The notes under the pieces are model-generated. The model did no database searches, was not told where the DNA came from, and saw only the letters and a list, made by a program, of their open reading frames with translations. Shown here one piece after another: positions 36,200 to 49,333 of a stretch of DNA of 64,000 nucleotides (positions are counted from its first letter, which is position 1; the number at the start of each line of letters is the position of its first letter). The translations under genes and the position numbers were made by a program. Source of the DNA: Basidiobolus meristosporus CBS 931.73 (lineage: Eukaryota > Fungi > Basidiobolomycota). The stretch covers positions 1-64,000 of the forward strand of contig MCFE01000440.1 of the NCBI GenBank assembly GCA_002104905.1. Direction: 5' to 3'.

Positions 36200-36620
36200 C
36201 TGATTCCCAGTATCAAGGTGACGTTTGCTCAGGTCACGCAACCATCCTTCATTCATACACTGTATCATACTCTTTGCAAGCTTGATTGTCCATTTCACAT
36301 ATCAGGAAGCCACCGCCAGCCACATCTACCATTCATTGCACTACAGACCGTATTTGGGCACAGTCTGGTTGGAACACCATCAGGCGTGCTGAGCTGGCTA
36401 GGACATAACTGAAGGATTGATCTGCTTTCCAGTCTGCACTTCATGATATTGGCCCAACTTGTGTATTTAGCAATGCACATCAACATTTTATCAAATCCAA
36501 GTCCCCCTGACATGCACTGTATTCTACACAACTCCTGACTTTTAATTCCTGAGGGGAATGCACAGAAGGTTGTGGGCAATGACTACAGTATTTGTGATCA
36601 CCTTACATGTTGCCTGAGTC
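36200..36620 (-). mobile_element. Short degenerate Ty3/Gypsy integrase (HHCC region) fragment
   Basis: HNLLCIP...GLGFDKMLMCIAKYTSW (cf. RLCIP...GHLGFDKT...YYW). Confidence 0.4.
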
Positions 36621-36766
36621 CTTAATGTAGCTGAATTCCAAATAAATTGCAGGCTGAGTGAGAGTTGCAGTCCCAGTTCTGTGACACTATATCAGAGTAG
36701 CACCATGAGCACTTGGATCTCATATATATATCTGTTAAGTGATGTTTAAACTTTCAACATGTTCAG

Positions 36767-37424
36767 TGTTGTGCAGCAACCTTTAAAACTTAGCCAATTT
36801 TACCCTAGCCCTAAAATCTACTATCCTCACTTATTTTCCCTAAACCAAACATAACTAAACCCAGTTATGGTTTATTTTATCTCAGCTCAGAGTTTATCTT
36901 TAGCTGTCACACCTGATCAATTCTCATGTGGCCATTACATTATCAACTTATCTGCCAAGCCTTCCCAGGTGATTAGTTATCTAAGATCAATCCAACAACT
37001 TAGCAATTGCAAGACAGCAGCTGATAAAGATGCAATTTTATTTCTCTTATGCACCTATCAAAACCCCAACAGATTTCAATTAGTCCAGTCTCTTGGTGCT
37101 TACTTACTTGACCTGATCAAAAAAGTATAAATAATGCTTACTGAACCTTCTAGTCTAGTGTGCATCTCAACAAAAATAAGATTCAGCAAAATTGAGAACA
37201 CAACAATTACATTCTAGTTTCTACCAAAGCCTAGCCTGCATAGCAAACCAGCTCTGTTGCCTTTATAGCCAAACCCAGCAATATACAAGACCAATATTAG
37301 ACCAGAGCCTCTCTGCTAATATTTCTGCCACTCACTGACAGTTCTAAAATTCTGCCCTCAGTTGTCACTTGGGCTCAGTTAAACTAGTCAGGAGTTGTAT
37401 CACACTTTTCTCTTGGATACAACA
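36767..37424 (+). mobile_element. Unpaired LTR of the chromovirus family seen at 20442
   Basis: TGTTGTGCAG...GATACAACA, 658 bp, colinear with 20442-21139; flanks TTCAG/GCTGC do not form a TSD. Confidence 0.8.
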
Positions 37425-37499
37425 GCTGCTAATGCCTGCTGGTAGCAGTATTGACTCTGGGTCATATATATTGCCAGCTGCATGTTAATTGTCCATATG

Positions 37500-40400
37500 T
37501 ACCATTCACATGGTTAGTTGGGTCCCAGAATAAATTTGTCAAGAAGTAGAAGCAAATCCTCAAAGATCCCATTACTGATAATGATGGAAACACACCATTT
37601 CTCTTCATCAGTCATAACATCACATCATTCACTAGCATATGCATTACAGTGCTCACTTGGCTTTATAAGGAATCCTTTGCATTTTTTTGACAGGAGTTGT
37701 CTGATTACATATTGACAGCTTACTGTACTCATTCAGGTCACTGTTTTGAGGGGGGATAGGCTCACCATCCATCAGTGAGCCTTGTTCTTTGGAGCTATCA
37801 CTCTGCAGGCTGTATTCTGAATGCTGAGGTGAGCCAAAAGGCATTGCAAGCCCACCTGACTCAGTGTACCCATGGTGATAAGTGTGGCTGGGTGCCCTTA
37901 TAGAAGTATTAAGTGACTGGCAAGTTATTGTTGGTAGAGTAGTGCCAAATAGATGCTTAAATATGAGTTGTGTTGCCAAGCACTGGCTGTGGTCAGTGTA
38001 ATACTTCCTATGCTGCATGCAGGCTTCATGGCTGAGTGGCTTAATACAAAAGCCACCAGGGCATTTTTCTCTTCCCTTAAAGCATTACATCTCAGAAGTC
38101 TTGTCCATGGGGCAAACAGCATGATGCTCAGCAACATAATGCTATTGTATAATTATTTGCTAATACTCATGTGAACTCAAGACAGTCTTGTGTATAAGAT
38201 ACTCCACCTACATATATGTATAATTCAATAATGACCCATCATTGTAAGCATTATAAGTAAAGTTGTGGCACCACATGCACAGGTATATGCAATACTACTT
38301 CCCCATTGGTTTCAGCCACTTCCATATATATATACTGCCAAAAAACATAGCAAAGTTGTATGTTTACAAACAAAACATACTTCTGACAACTGCAGAAGAA
38401 CAGTTGGATAGCAGCTTGCTTAGACATTCTATGCAACAAGAAGGGCTATATCCAAACAAGGCCATGTCAATGGTATGCTCACTGGAGATATTAATGCAGA
38501 CTCCCCAGACTCATAGTCAAGTAGGTGATTGAGAATCATAGGATGGCTCAGGCAGATGAGAATGCAGTAAAATCAGTACCTCCAATGGAAGCCTAGCAAA
38601 TAGCCATCATAGAGCACCACAATCAGTATGAGCAAGTATGTTGTTAGCTTGTACCAAAGCATTGATGAGATAAATAGCCGCAATGACTAATAGGAAAGAT
38701 GCAATGGCCCAGAGAAATTTGGCAGCTGCTCAGAGTCAGGATGCAGGATAATACATACAGAGCAATCAATATCCCAGGTTGCAAATGCAGTATCATTGTT
38801 GCAAAGAAGAAAACCAAGTACCTCAGTGGTACAACCTAGAATTTGTTGTAAAAATTTGTATTTCCACCTAAATATTAACCTAACTTAGTCACTTAGATCA
38901 TCACCTTCAAATCCTAGAGAATACTGACCAAATTCCTTGTTGGGATTTACTTAGAATATTTTCACCAAAATACCAGGTACCCAGAACATGAAAATTCTCA
39001 AAGTTGTCCAAACAGCCCCACACTTTGCACACATGTTCTTGGGACCTTCCTTAACCTATTCTACGTGTTTGTAATGCCAAGACCAGGTAAAAGTATAAAT
39101 ACCACTTTTACATTCAATTAATCATTAAGTGAAAACCTCATAATCTACTTGTTCTCCCAATCACTTCCAATATCTCCAAGACTCTTACAACAGGTTAGGA
39201 GCCCCAAGCTGTCACTCTCTGCAATATCTACTACTGCTATTACTGGAATTTTTCCCTCTGCTGAAAAGTTGGATGGCTCTAACTACCAAGTGTGGAAGGT
39301 GAAGATGAAGATGCTGCTACAAGAATGAGGCCTTTGGGATATTGTCATGGGAGAAGAATGCCCTCCTAAAAACGTGGGAGAGGAAGCCTTAAAGTACCAG
39401 AAGAAAGAACAAAGTGCCTTTAACTGCATTTGCCTTAATGTCAAGGACACATTGCTAATTAAATGCTCAAGAGCAAAAACGGCAAAGAATGCCTGGAAGG
39501 CATTAGAAGACACCTACCAGTCATGTTCAGCTGCCAAGAAAATGTATCTGAGACGAAAATTCTTTACTACAAAGATGCTGCCAGGAGAAGCAATGAAAAA
39601 TCTAATCAACAGAATTACCATGCTGGTAGATGGGATGGAATCTGTGGGCGTACCAACTACTGATGAGGATGTGATAGTTACCATCCTGAATAGCCTGAAA
39701 GACAAGTTTCAGGGCCTTGTATCAGCCCTAGAGTCCAGAACTGAAGATTTGACCTTAAATTACGTATATGGAAGGCTCCAGGATGAAGAATTAAGAAAAT
39801 CAAGCGCCAATAAGAAGGAAGAAGAAAATGCTTTAATAAGCAATGATAACCAACAAAGGAGGTACCCAAGACCCTACAAAGGCAACAGCAATCTATTTTG
39901 CAACTACTGCAAAAGGAAAGGACACACATCAGACCGGTGTCTCAAAAAGAGAGATTATCAGCAAAAGAAGCGTGAATATGGAAATGCTGCAACAACTGAA
40001 GATAGACTATTCATATCTGCACTAAATATGACCACAAACAAGGATTCTCAGACGTGGTATATTGACTCTGGAGCTTCTCAACACTTTACACACCAAAAAG
40101 AACTTTTTACCCAATATCAAGAAATTCCAATTAAGAAGGTTTTCATGGGTGACAATAGAACACTTGATGCAGTGGGAGAAGGAACTATCCAAGTAAACCT
40201 TAGAAGCAATGAAGGAAGCCATACACTGACCTTTAAAGAAGTACTCTATGTACCAGAAATAGCCAAGAACCTACTCTTTGTAAGCAAGGCCACAGCAGAA
40301 GGACTCAGTTTCAGTTTTGACAATTCTGGATGCAGGATCACTGATCAAAATGGTGCCCATATTGCTTTGGGCATCAGAGATCAGAATCTTTACAAGTTGA

Positions 40401-43400
40401 CTTATATTCCATCATATCTGGAAGCCAATATAAGTAACTTAAATGAAGAAACACCAATGCTTTGGCACAGGAGATTTAGACACATCAATTTTGATTATTT
40501 GCGTAAAATGATCAAAGATCAGCTAATTTCTGGAGTGAAAATTGATCCCCCAGCTAATTTGGAGCACTGTGAAGCCTGCATATATGGGAAACAAGCCAGA
40601 CAACCGTTCAAGAGCTCTGGGTTAATCAAAACTAAGAAAAAATTAGATCTAATTCACTCAGATCTGTGTGGACCTATGCAAAATTTATCCTTAGGCGGGA
40701 TGAAGTATTTAATCACTTTTATTGATGATTATACAAGATACACATGGGTCTACTTCATGAAGAAAAAGGAAGAAGCTCTGTCTAAGTTCAGGGAGTTTAA
40801 AGCCATGGTGGAGAGAGAAACTGGTGAAAAAATCAAGAAAATACGCTCTGACAATGGTGGAGAATATACCTCAAAACTCTTCATCCACTTCTGCAAAATT
40901 CATGGGATAAAGCAAGAGACTACTGTACCATACTCCCCACAGCAAAATGGAGTAGCAGAACAAGCTAACAGATCAATAATTGATATGGCAAGATCTATGA
41001 TCCATGATCAAAAATTATCCTATGATTGTTGGGCGGAATCAGTTGCCACTGCTGTATACCTTAAAAATAGGAGTTATAACAGAATAATTTGTGATTCTAC
41101 TCCATTTGAAGCATGGTATGGATACAGACCAAGTGCAGAACATCTAAGAATATTTGGGTGTACAGCATATGCCAAAAAACTGGCCGGAAATCAGTCAAAA
41201 TTTGAGCCAAAAAGTGTAAAATGCATTTTTTTGGGCTACTGCAATGAGAGTAAGGCATACAGACTCTACAATACCGAAGCAAAGAAGCTGATCAAGTCCA
41301 GGGATGTGTTGTTTGATGAAAATTCAAAATTTTCACAAAAAAATGACATCAGATGATGACAAAAATTTGATCTCAAGTCCACCAATTGTCAGGATTGAAT
41401 CAGAGCAAAACAATGAGAATTTTTTCACTCCAGAGGACTCTACAACCGTGGTTCAGCCAGAATCAGTGCCCAGGAATATCCCAGAAGTGAGCATTTCAGT
41501 ATCAAATGCCCGGAGATCAAATCAGACAAGAAATAGCCCAAATTACTATATTAATGAGGGTACAAACTTAGCCTATGCCTATTCAGTCCATATTGATGAG
41601 CCCCAGACTGTAAAAGAGGCCCTAAATAGCCCTCAGACAAAGTTTTGGAGATCTGCAATGACTGAGGAATATCAGGCCCTGATGGAAAATCAAACTTGGG
41701 ACTTAGTCAAATTACCAATCAACCAAAAATCAATTGGATGCAGATGGGTCTTCAAGACAAAATACAAGGCTGATGGTACAATTGAAAGATACAAAGCAAG
41801 ACTTGTAGCCAAAGGATACTCTCAAACAAAAGGACTTGACTATACTGAGACCTTTGCACCGGTAGCCAAGTTTAATTCCATCAGATTAATTTTGGCTATT
41901 GCAGCAAAATATAAGTTTTTTATTCATCAAATGTATGTAAAAACTGCATTTTTGAATGGAGAACTTGATGAGGATGTGTATATGGACCAGCCTGGTGAGT
42001 TTGTTGACCAAAATAACCCCCATTTGGTCTGCAAGCTTAAAAAGTCACTATATGGTCTCAAACAATCACCAAGAGCCTGGAATTGCAAGATAGATTCTTA
42101 TTTGGAATCTTTGAGTTTCAAAAGAAGTAATGCTGACTATAGTGTATACTATAAGCCAGATAGAGCAAATCCAGTTCTATTAGCTCTATATGTGGATGAT
42201 CTTATTATAGCCGCCAATAACCTAGAAACATTGGAAGAGACTAAATCCAGCCTATCTAAGGAGTTCAAGATGTCCAATCTAGGAGAACTTAGTTACTACT
42301 TAGGGATTAAGTTCTCCATAGACAGAAGTACCCAGACTATTACCCTAAGCCAATCCAAGTATATTCAAGATATACTAAAGAAGTACAAAATGGAAGACCG
42401 TAAACCGGCAGCCACCCCAATGGAGACAAACCTTAACTTGGTCAAAACTCAACCAAATCAAGAGAGCTTGGTGCCATCTGAAAGCCCTGACTTTCCTTAT
42501 CAATCTATGGTCAGCAGTCTGATGTATATCATGCTTGGAACATGTCCAGATATCTCATAGTCAGTGGGAGTTGTCAGCCAACATAATCAGAATTATGGAT
42601 CTGATCATATTGCAGCAGTTAAGCGGATTTTTAGATACCTAAAAGGAACTGCTGATATCTGCTTAAGATACACTTATAAGAACTCAGAACAGGATCTTGC
42701 GGGATACTCTGATGCTGATTGGGGACAAAATTTGGAAGACAGAAGATCCACCACAGGACACACCTTTCTTTACTGTAAAGGAGCAATTTCATGGAATTCA
42801 AGAAAGCAACCAACCATAGCACTTTCTACTACAGAGGCAGAGTATATGGCAGCCTGTGAAGCTACAAAAGAAGCAATGTGGTTAAGAAAGCTCTTTGCAG
42901 ATTTAGGCCTATGTCAAAAAACGCCTATTACTTTATTTCAAGATAATCAAGGATGTTTACAATTAGGTAGAAATCCAATTTTTCATGCTAGAACCAAGCA
43001 CATAGATATTAGACATCATTTCATACGTGAAGCTATAGATAATAACTTAGTTAGCTTAGTTTACTGTTCTACAGATGAAATGATTGCAGACATATTTACC
43101 AAACCATTAGCTAGAGACAAGTTTGAATATCTTAGGTCAAAATTAGGACTAGTCAGTGTGAACATTTAGCTGAGTGGGAGTGTTGTAAAAATTTGTATTT
43201 CCACCTAAATATTCACCTAACTTAGTCACTTAGATCATCACCTTCAAATCCTAGAGAATACTGACCAAATTCCTTGTTGGGATTTACTTAGAATATTTTC
43301 ACCAAAATACCAGGTACCCAGAACATGAAAATTCTAAAAGTTGTCCAAACAGCCCCACACTTTGCACACATGTTCTTGGGACCTTCCTTAACCTATTCTA

Positions 43401-44760
43401 TCTGTTTGTAATGCCAAGACCAGGTAAAAGTATAAATACCACTTTTACATTCAATAAATCATTAAGTGAAAACCACATAATCTACTTGTTCTCCCAATCA
43501 CTTCCAATATCCAAGACTCTTACAACAGAATTGAGCTGCTTCCCAATATGAAAGCAGAGGAGCATTGTAAAGTCTTTGAGGCAAAACTACAGTGCCCAAA
43601 GATAAAGCACACATAAAACCCACCACAGCATTGGAGGCAGACACTGTGATCTTCAAACTAATGCGTAACAATCAGAAGATATTGTAGGTATGTGAAGCTA
43701 TTGAGCACAATAATGAAGAGTGGGCTAGTATAGTAGTAGCTGTAGGAAGTCTAGTACATTATTACCTTACAGCCAGCATACTATGGGACCATCAGGAACC
43801 AAAGGTCAAGCAGAATGTGGTTGATTGATGCCATGAGCATTATTTTGTATTCAAACATGCAACAAAACTTTGGGCCAGCCTTAGTATGCTTCAGACGTAT
43901 TTCAAGAATAGCAGAAACTATGAGAGGCAGAAGTACAAAAGTACCACAATGAGAAACCAGCAATTTCCTAAAAGCCTATTTCAAGCAGGGTTAAAAGCTC
44001 TAAATAAGTGGCAAAGAAGGATCAGGTAACCAGATCAGCACTAGTAAGGGCAAGCAGGCAGAATTGTTTACATTAGTGTAGTATTTGTCAAGGAAAAAGT
44101 GCAGTTGCATTCAAAAAGTGCCAGGGAAAGTAACAGTGAAGGACCTAGCAGTGATAAAGACCTGTGGCTTCCTTAAGAGCCTGTCATAAGCAGGACTGAA
44201 AGCTAAAACAAGTGAGAAAGATATGTCAGGTTGCTAGCATAGTGCTGGCAAGAGATAAGCTGGCAGAAATAAATTCACCAGTACAGCACTTATCAAGGAG
44301 AAAAAGTAGTTCAATATAAGAAGCACTCAAACAAAGTAGTAGTGAAAGCCTAGGCAGTTATTTAAGGGAAAGGTAAATGATAGAAGTCTACCCTAGTCAC
44401 AGATAGAGATTTACGAGAACAGAGCCGCTATTCTAACAAAATAATGCCATAAGCCTGAAACAGTCTGAATTCTATATCAGCCTTGAGGAATTACTAAGTA
44501 GATAACAGCTATTTTCTTGAGGGTTGGAAGTACAATCAGCTGAGTTACACTTCAGTGAGTATATGAGATTGCAGAGAAAGGCAACACATCTACCACCATC
44601 TCCACATACTCCATTATAGTCAGAATGGAGATCTTACTGATTGACAAAGAAACAATATCTTGGACTCCAAATACTTTCACAATGCCTACAGTGGAACCAT
44701 ATGAAAAATAATTTTGTACCACAGGTAGATCCAATTGGGAGCAGCCATCAAGATCCCAAC
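37500..44760. pseudogene. A/B module copy 3: ORF B (minus, ~37500-38200) divergent from ORF A (plus, ~38400-44760), A split by a Copia insertion
   Basis: B: VCPMDKT...KCPGGFCIKPLSHEA...GSPQHSEY. The A sequence is continuous across the GAATT TSD (…YNL|RIELLPNMKAEEH). Confidence 0.7.
38844..43527 (+). mobile_element. Full-length but inactivated Copia A (LTRs 38844-39192 and 43181-43527, TSD GAATT)
   Basis: GAATT on both flanks. PBS ATG mutated (GGTTAGGAGCCC); in-frame stop near 39326 (AGA>TGA); +1 A frameshift near 41340; stop at 42558-42560. The LTRs differ by about six substitutions and a 2-bp deletion. Confidence 0.96.
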
Positions 44761-44899
44761 AGGAGACTGCTATAATACCAGCAGCTTGGAATTAATGACC
44801 ATCTACACAATTTTATTACAGGATCACAACAGCACTTGGCTGATTTACAGCCAATTAAATTAAGAAACATAATGGTGTTTGTACAGTGTTTTGCCAAGA

Positions 44900-46030
44900 G
44901 TGGCATGGCATTATCATGGTCTTAATGAGCTCTACAACTATTTGAGTGGATCTAACTGGCTAGTACATCCAATTGCCTAATATTGCAGAAACTTAACAGT
45001 GTCTTGACAGCCTCATTGCAGGACTCTGGTGGTATTATTATGGCAGTATGTCTGCCTACAGCTAGTTCTGTATAACACTGCTGTACCAATTTTTGGTTGC
45101 ATATACATCTTGCAAACATATGCTTGGTTGCCACCACTTCTGCCACAGACTCCTTCTGAATATCTGTAAAGAGCTTTTTGGTATTTAGTCAATATATTCC
45201 TTCTCCCTGCTAGATTCTGGTCACCCTTATAGGTGCATTCTGGCTCATGTCTGTGCAAATTTTGTACTCAATGGTGTAGAATTTGGCCGGTGACCAAGAA
45301 AGATCCAGCATACTTTGGTAGAGTTTTGCAAAAATAATTATGTGCTTCTTGCACCCAACCCAACTTTAGATTACTTAACTGATTACCCATGCATTGGGGC
45401 TGCTTAGCTTCTAAATGCCATAGGCATAGGTGTCTCCATGTACACATCTGTCCTCAGTATATCCCAACTCTTCCTGGCTGCCCTCCATGGGCAACTCATC
45501 ACATCCATGACAGGCTTAAAGGTAATGTTCTTGATGAGATTGTGATATGGTAGTACCTGCAACTTGATTTGTCTTCCTATATCCCCACACATCTGCTCCA
45601 TAAGAAATTCCCTGGAGGTGAAGCCAGGTCCAATATTCCCAGCATACCAAGCAAGATGGAGCAGCAAATGAATATAGCAGCAGCAGTGATCTATGCACTT
45701 GGCTTTGTGTCAATAGTATAGCAGCTCAAATCCTATCACAAACTCTTTACCTAAAAGCTGTAGATGTGTCAAGTTGGCATTGGTGATCCACTTCTGGATA
45801 AATATTCCAACAATGTCCACATATGACTCCCAATGCTTTCAGTATACTCTTGGTAGTAGTGGCTTCAGGAGGCCACTTGAATCAATATATATCCAGTTCA
45901 TCCAGTCCTTGCACTTGTATTGTTGCATATGCATATGAATGTTGACTAGGGCTGGTGAAAAGTACTCAGGGTAGCAGATACTCTGTGATATCTTACCACT
46001 GCTGACGGTAACAGAAGAATGGTTGGAGAA
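44900..46030 (-). mobile_element. CACTA/En-Spm (Tnp2/Transposase_21-like) transposase C-terminal remnant
   Basis: YKCKDWMNWIYIDSSGLLKPLLPRVY...HW...FELLYY...CYIHLLLHLAWYAGNIGPGFTSREFLMEQMCGDIGRQIK...PYHNL matches the fungal tnp2 pattern KAEEW...LYY...IHxLLH...GP..W.F.MER.CG...PY.NL. Confidence 0.75.
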
Positions 46031-46308
46031 TAGCATGCTTTGGCATTCAGTGTAACAAATGGGCTACAGCCAAAAAAGCCCCATGGACATTGTGCCCACT
46101 GAGGGTAATGATGCAGACCCCTCAGGCTCTCAGTCAGTTACGCAACTGGGAATATATGCAGAGCTGCAAGCTGACCATATTGCTGAGGTAGATGAGAATG
46201 TAGCAAAAGAAGTATCTTCAGTTGAAGGCCAGCAAGTGGCCATTGTAGCATCACCACCCCCTGTATTAACATGTATGTTGTCTGCTCATACCAAAGCATT
46301 AATGCCGC

Positions 46309-47109
46309 TGTGGTAGGGTAAACATACCTCCCACAGACAAGTTACTCATATAGTCATTATGATATACTTATCCATATTTCATCTTATCAGTATTATCCCA
46401 TTCTTCTTTTGCCCATATTATCAGTATTATCCCCATATGATGTTTACCCTGATTAGTTATTAGCATTAGTTATCCCAGATGTTATTCAGCTTTGTGATCA
46501 GTATGTATCTACATAAGGCAAGTACCCGCGTCAGCACCTGTGACACATGACCTAAGTCTGTGTTACCATCCCTATCATTTCAATACCATATATGGTATTT
46601 CTATGTTGCACAGGTTTCAGACTACTGATTCCTGATTGGTTGAATGTGCTGTGCCTTTTAGAACCTTCCAGGACATTCTTGGCATATTTTTAGCTCATAG
46701 TGATGTCATCAAGAATTCCATTGATACCTAGAATCTTCTAGAACCTTGTCATTAGTAATCACTTGGCAATCAGGAAAAGTATTTAAGGGAAAGCAATCCC
46801 TCATCAATAAATCATCCCTTCTATCAGTAACACTCCTACCTTATTGATTAGCAGTAGATCACTGCACCTGCCTTCAACAGTACATCTCAGACCTGCCATC
46901 AAGGAGCTTTTCAGGGTAGTGCACAAGACACACAGAGGCCTTTGGAGACACTTGGAGCACCTAGGAAGCTAGAGAAGCAGGAGCTTTTACCATAGTGACA
47001 TATTGACAAAGACACCAGAAGTTTAGACACAGAGGTTATTGCACCCATCAGACACCTCACACACCTTGAGTTGTGTAGCTTCTCCCAGGAGTACCTCTAC
47101 ACCACCACG
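46309..47109 (+). mobile_element. Solo LTR (~800 bp, family R5) inserted in ORF A, 4-bp TSD CCGC
   Basis: TGTGGT...ACCAC(G); CCGC at 46305-46308 and 47110-47113; ORF A resumes colinearly; sister copy at 51550-53083. Confidence 0.85.
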
Positions 47110-48901
47110 CCGCAATTAGGTGCAGTGGCCAATAGGATATATGCATTGGCCTAGAGAAATCAAGAAATAGTCCAGAAACAGGATGAGAAGATAAAAGGTG
47201 CAGAGCAACCAACATTTCACGTAGGGAAAGCAGTATCTTTGCTCCAAAGAAGGAACTCATGTAGCTCAATGGCACAGCTAAGAATTGAGCTGTTTCCCAA
47301 TGTAACAGCAAAGAAGACCATACAGTCTTTGAAACACAACAATGGTGCCCAAATATAAAGCCCACAGGCAAGGGAGAGAATACAGTGTTTATGTCAAAGC
47401 CTAAAAATTACAAGATGTTGAAGATCCATGAGACCATTGTGTGCCATGATGAAGAATAGGCTAGTATTGAAGAAGCCATTAGAGGTCTATCATGTCAACA
47501 CCTGAAGGCTGGCACGAATGGCTAAAAGCCAGTAGCTTCCTAAAGAGCCTGTTACAAGCAGGGCTGAAAACTCCAAACAAGCATCAAAGAGATGTCAGGT
47601 AGCCGGAAGAGTGCTAATAAGGGAAAAGCAGGCAGACACAGATGCACCAGCACAGCATTTACCAAGGAAAAAGTGTAGTTCAGCTCAAGAAGCACTTAGT
47701 CACAGTGGCAGTGAAGGACCTGGCAGTTATAAAAACCAGCAATTACCTCAAGAACCCATCACAGCATGGTCAGAGAGCTTAAAACAAGCAGGAATGAAGT
47801 GTCAGGTTGCCTGCAGTGTGCCAGCAAGTGACAAGCAGGCCAAAACAAAAGCATTGGAGCAGTGTCTATCAAGGAGAAAACATAGTTTAACACAAGAAGC
47901 ACTTGGATAAAACAGCAGTGAAAGGCCCAGCAAAAATAAAGGAAAAGGTTAAGGAAAAAAGTGTACCCAAGCCAGAGAGAGGGAAGTGAGCAAAGCAGCA
48001 GTGATGGATCCTACAGTGATTATAACAAGCAGCTACCTTAGGAGCATGTCACAGCATGGGCTAAGAGCTTGACATAAGCTGAAAAGAAGCATCCAGTTGC
48101 CCACAGAGAGCCAGCAAGGGACAAGCTAGCCAAAACAGATGCATCAGAGCAGCATTTATCAAGAAGAAAATGTAGTTCAATACAAGAAGCACTTGGACAA
48201 AGGAGCAGTGAAAGACCTAGCAATGATAACCAAGAAGGTAAAGGGGAGACAGTCTACCCAAGCCAGCAACAGGGAAGCATGAAAAAAAAGCGGCAGTTCT
48301 TGCTAACCAATACTGTAAGCCTGGAACAGACTGGGTCCAATCATAGCCAAGAGAATTCACCAACAGGAAAACAGCTGTTTTCACAAGAGGTAGAAGTGTA
48401 GCCTTCTGAGCTACACTCTAGTGAGGTAGATGAGTTTACAGGGAAAAGCAATTTGCCTACCACATCCTCCATGTCCCCAATTGTTGACAGAGTGAAGATA
48501 TCACTGAAAGAAAAAGTAACAATATCAAGAACTCAAAAGAATATCACAATGCCTTCAGTGGAGTTTTGCAACATTAATAGGCACATCAAGAAGTGGCAGC
48601 ACATCCTCAAGAGCAGTGCTTGAGAAATTACACCTGAATATCGCAAAGATCTATTGCAATGACTGGTAGATGAGGTGCTAGACCTTGCAGTGCCATCTGA
48701 TGACCAGGACATATGGGAGCCAGTGAACAAACAGTGGTATAAACTCATAGAGTTCCTGCCCACGTCATGGAAACAGAGCATTGAAGCAGAAATGCATATT
48801 GAGTGGTGGATTTTAATGGTGTTGCTTGTTGAGTGTGGGGCTGGGCTTAATGTTTGTGTAGGGTATAGAGACTTGTATAGGTCAATTCAATTGGCAACAA
48901 A

Positions 48902-49333
48902 GGTACAACTGAGGTACAACTGAAGTTTTAACAGAAATAAATCAGTTTAAATTCACAAAATGTAAGAAGCCATTGAGTAAGAGAGTAATGCGTGTGAAAA
49001 GAGGCATTACCCAATCAATGCACACAAACATAGGAGGTGATAGAGTGTCCAGGATCAGAGAGTGAGGAAACTGGCAGAGAACCAATCTAAAGCCACTTTT
49101 GTATTCTTGTGATGAGTTACAACTGAGGTACAACTGAAGTTTCAACGGAAATAAATCAGCTTAAATTCATGAAATGTAAGCAAAACTATTGAGTCAGAAA
49201 TTAATGAGTGTGAAAAAGAGGCATTACCCAATCAAGGCACACAAACATAGGAGGTGATAGAGTGTTCAGGATCAGAAAGTGAGGAAGCTGGTAGAGAACC
49301 AATCAAAAGCCACTTTTGTAATGTTGTGATGAA
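48902..49333 (+). repeat. 214-bp direct tandem duplication covering the A/B stop junction and B C-terminus
   Basis: G(G/T)TACAACTGAGGTACAACTGAAGT starts at 48902 and 49116; both units are colinear. Confidence 0.85.

Noticed and set aside
20442-37424. LTRs at 20442 and 36767 as the two ends of one 17-kb element
   Set aside because: The chromovirus already has its own PPT and 3' LTR start at 28572, flanks GCTAG/GCTGC do not match, and the LTRs are substantially diverged.
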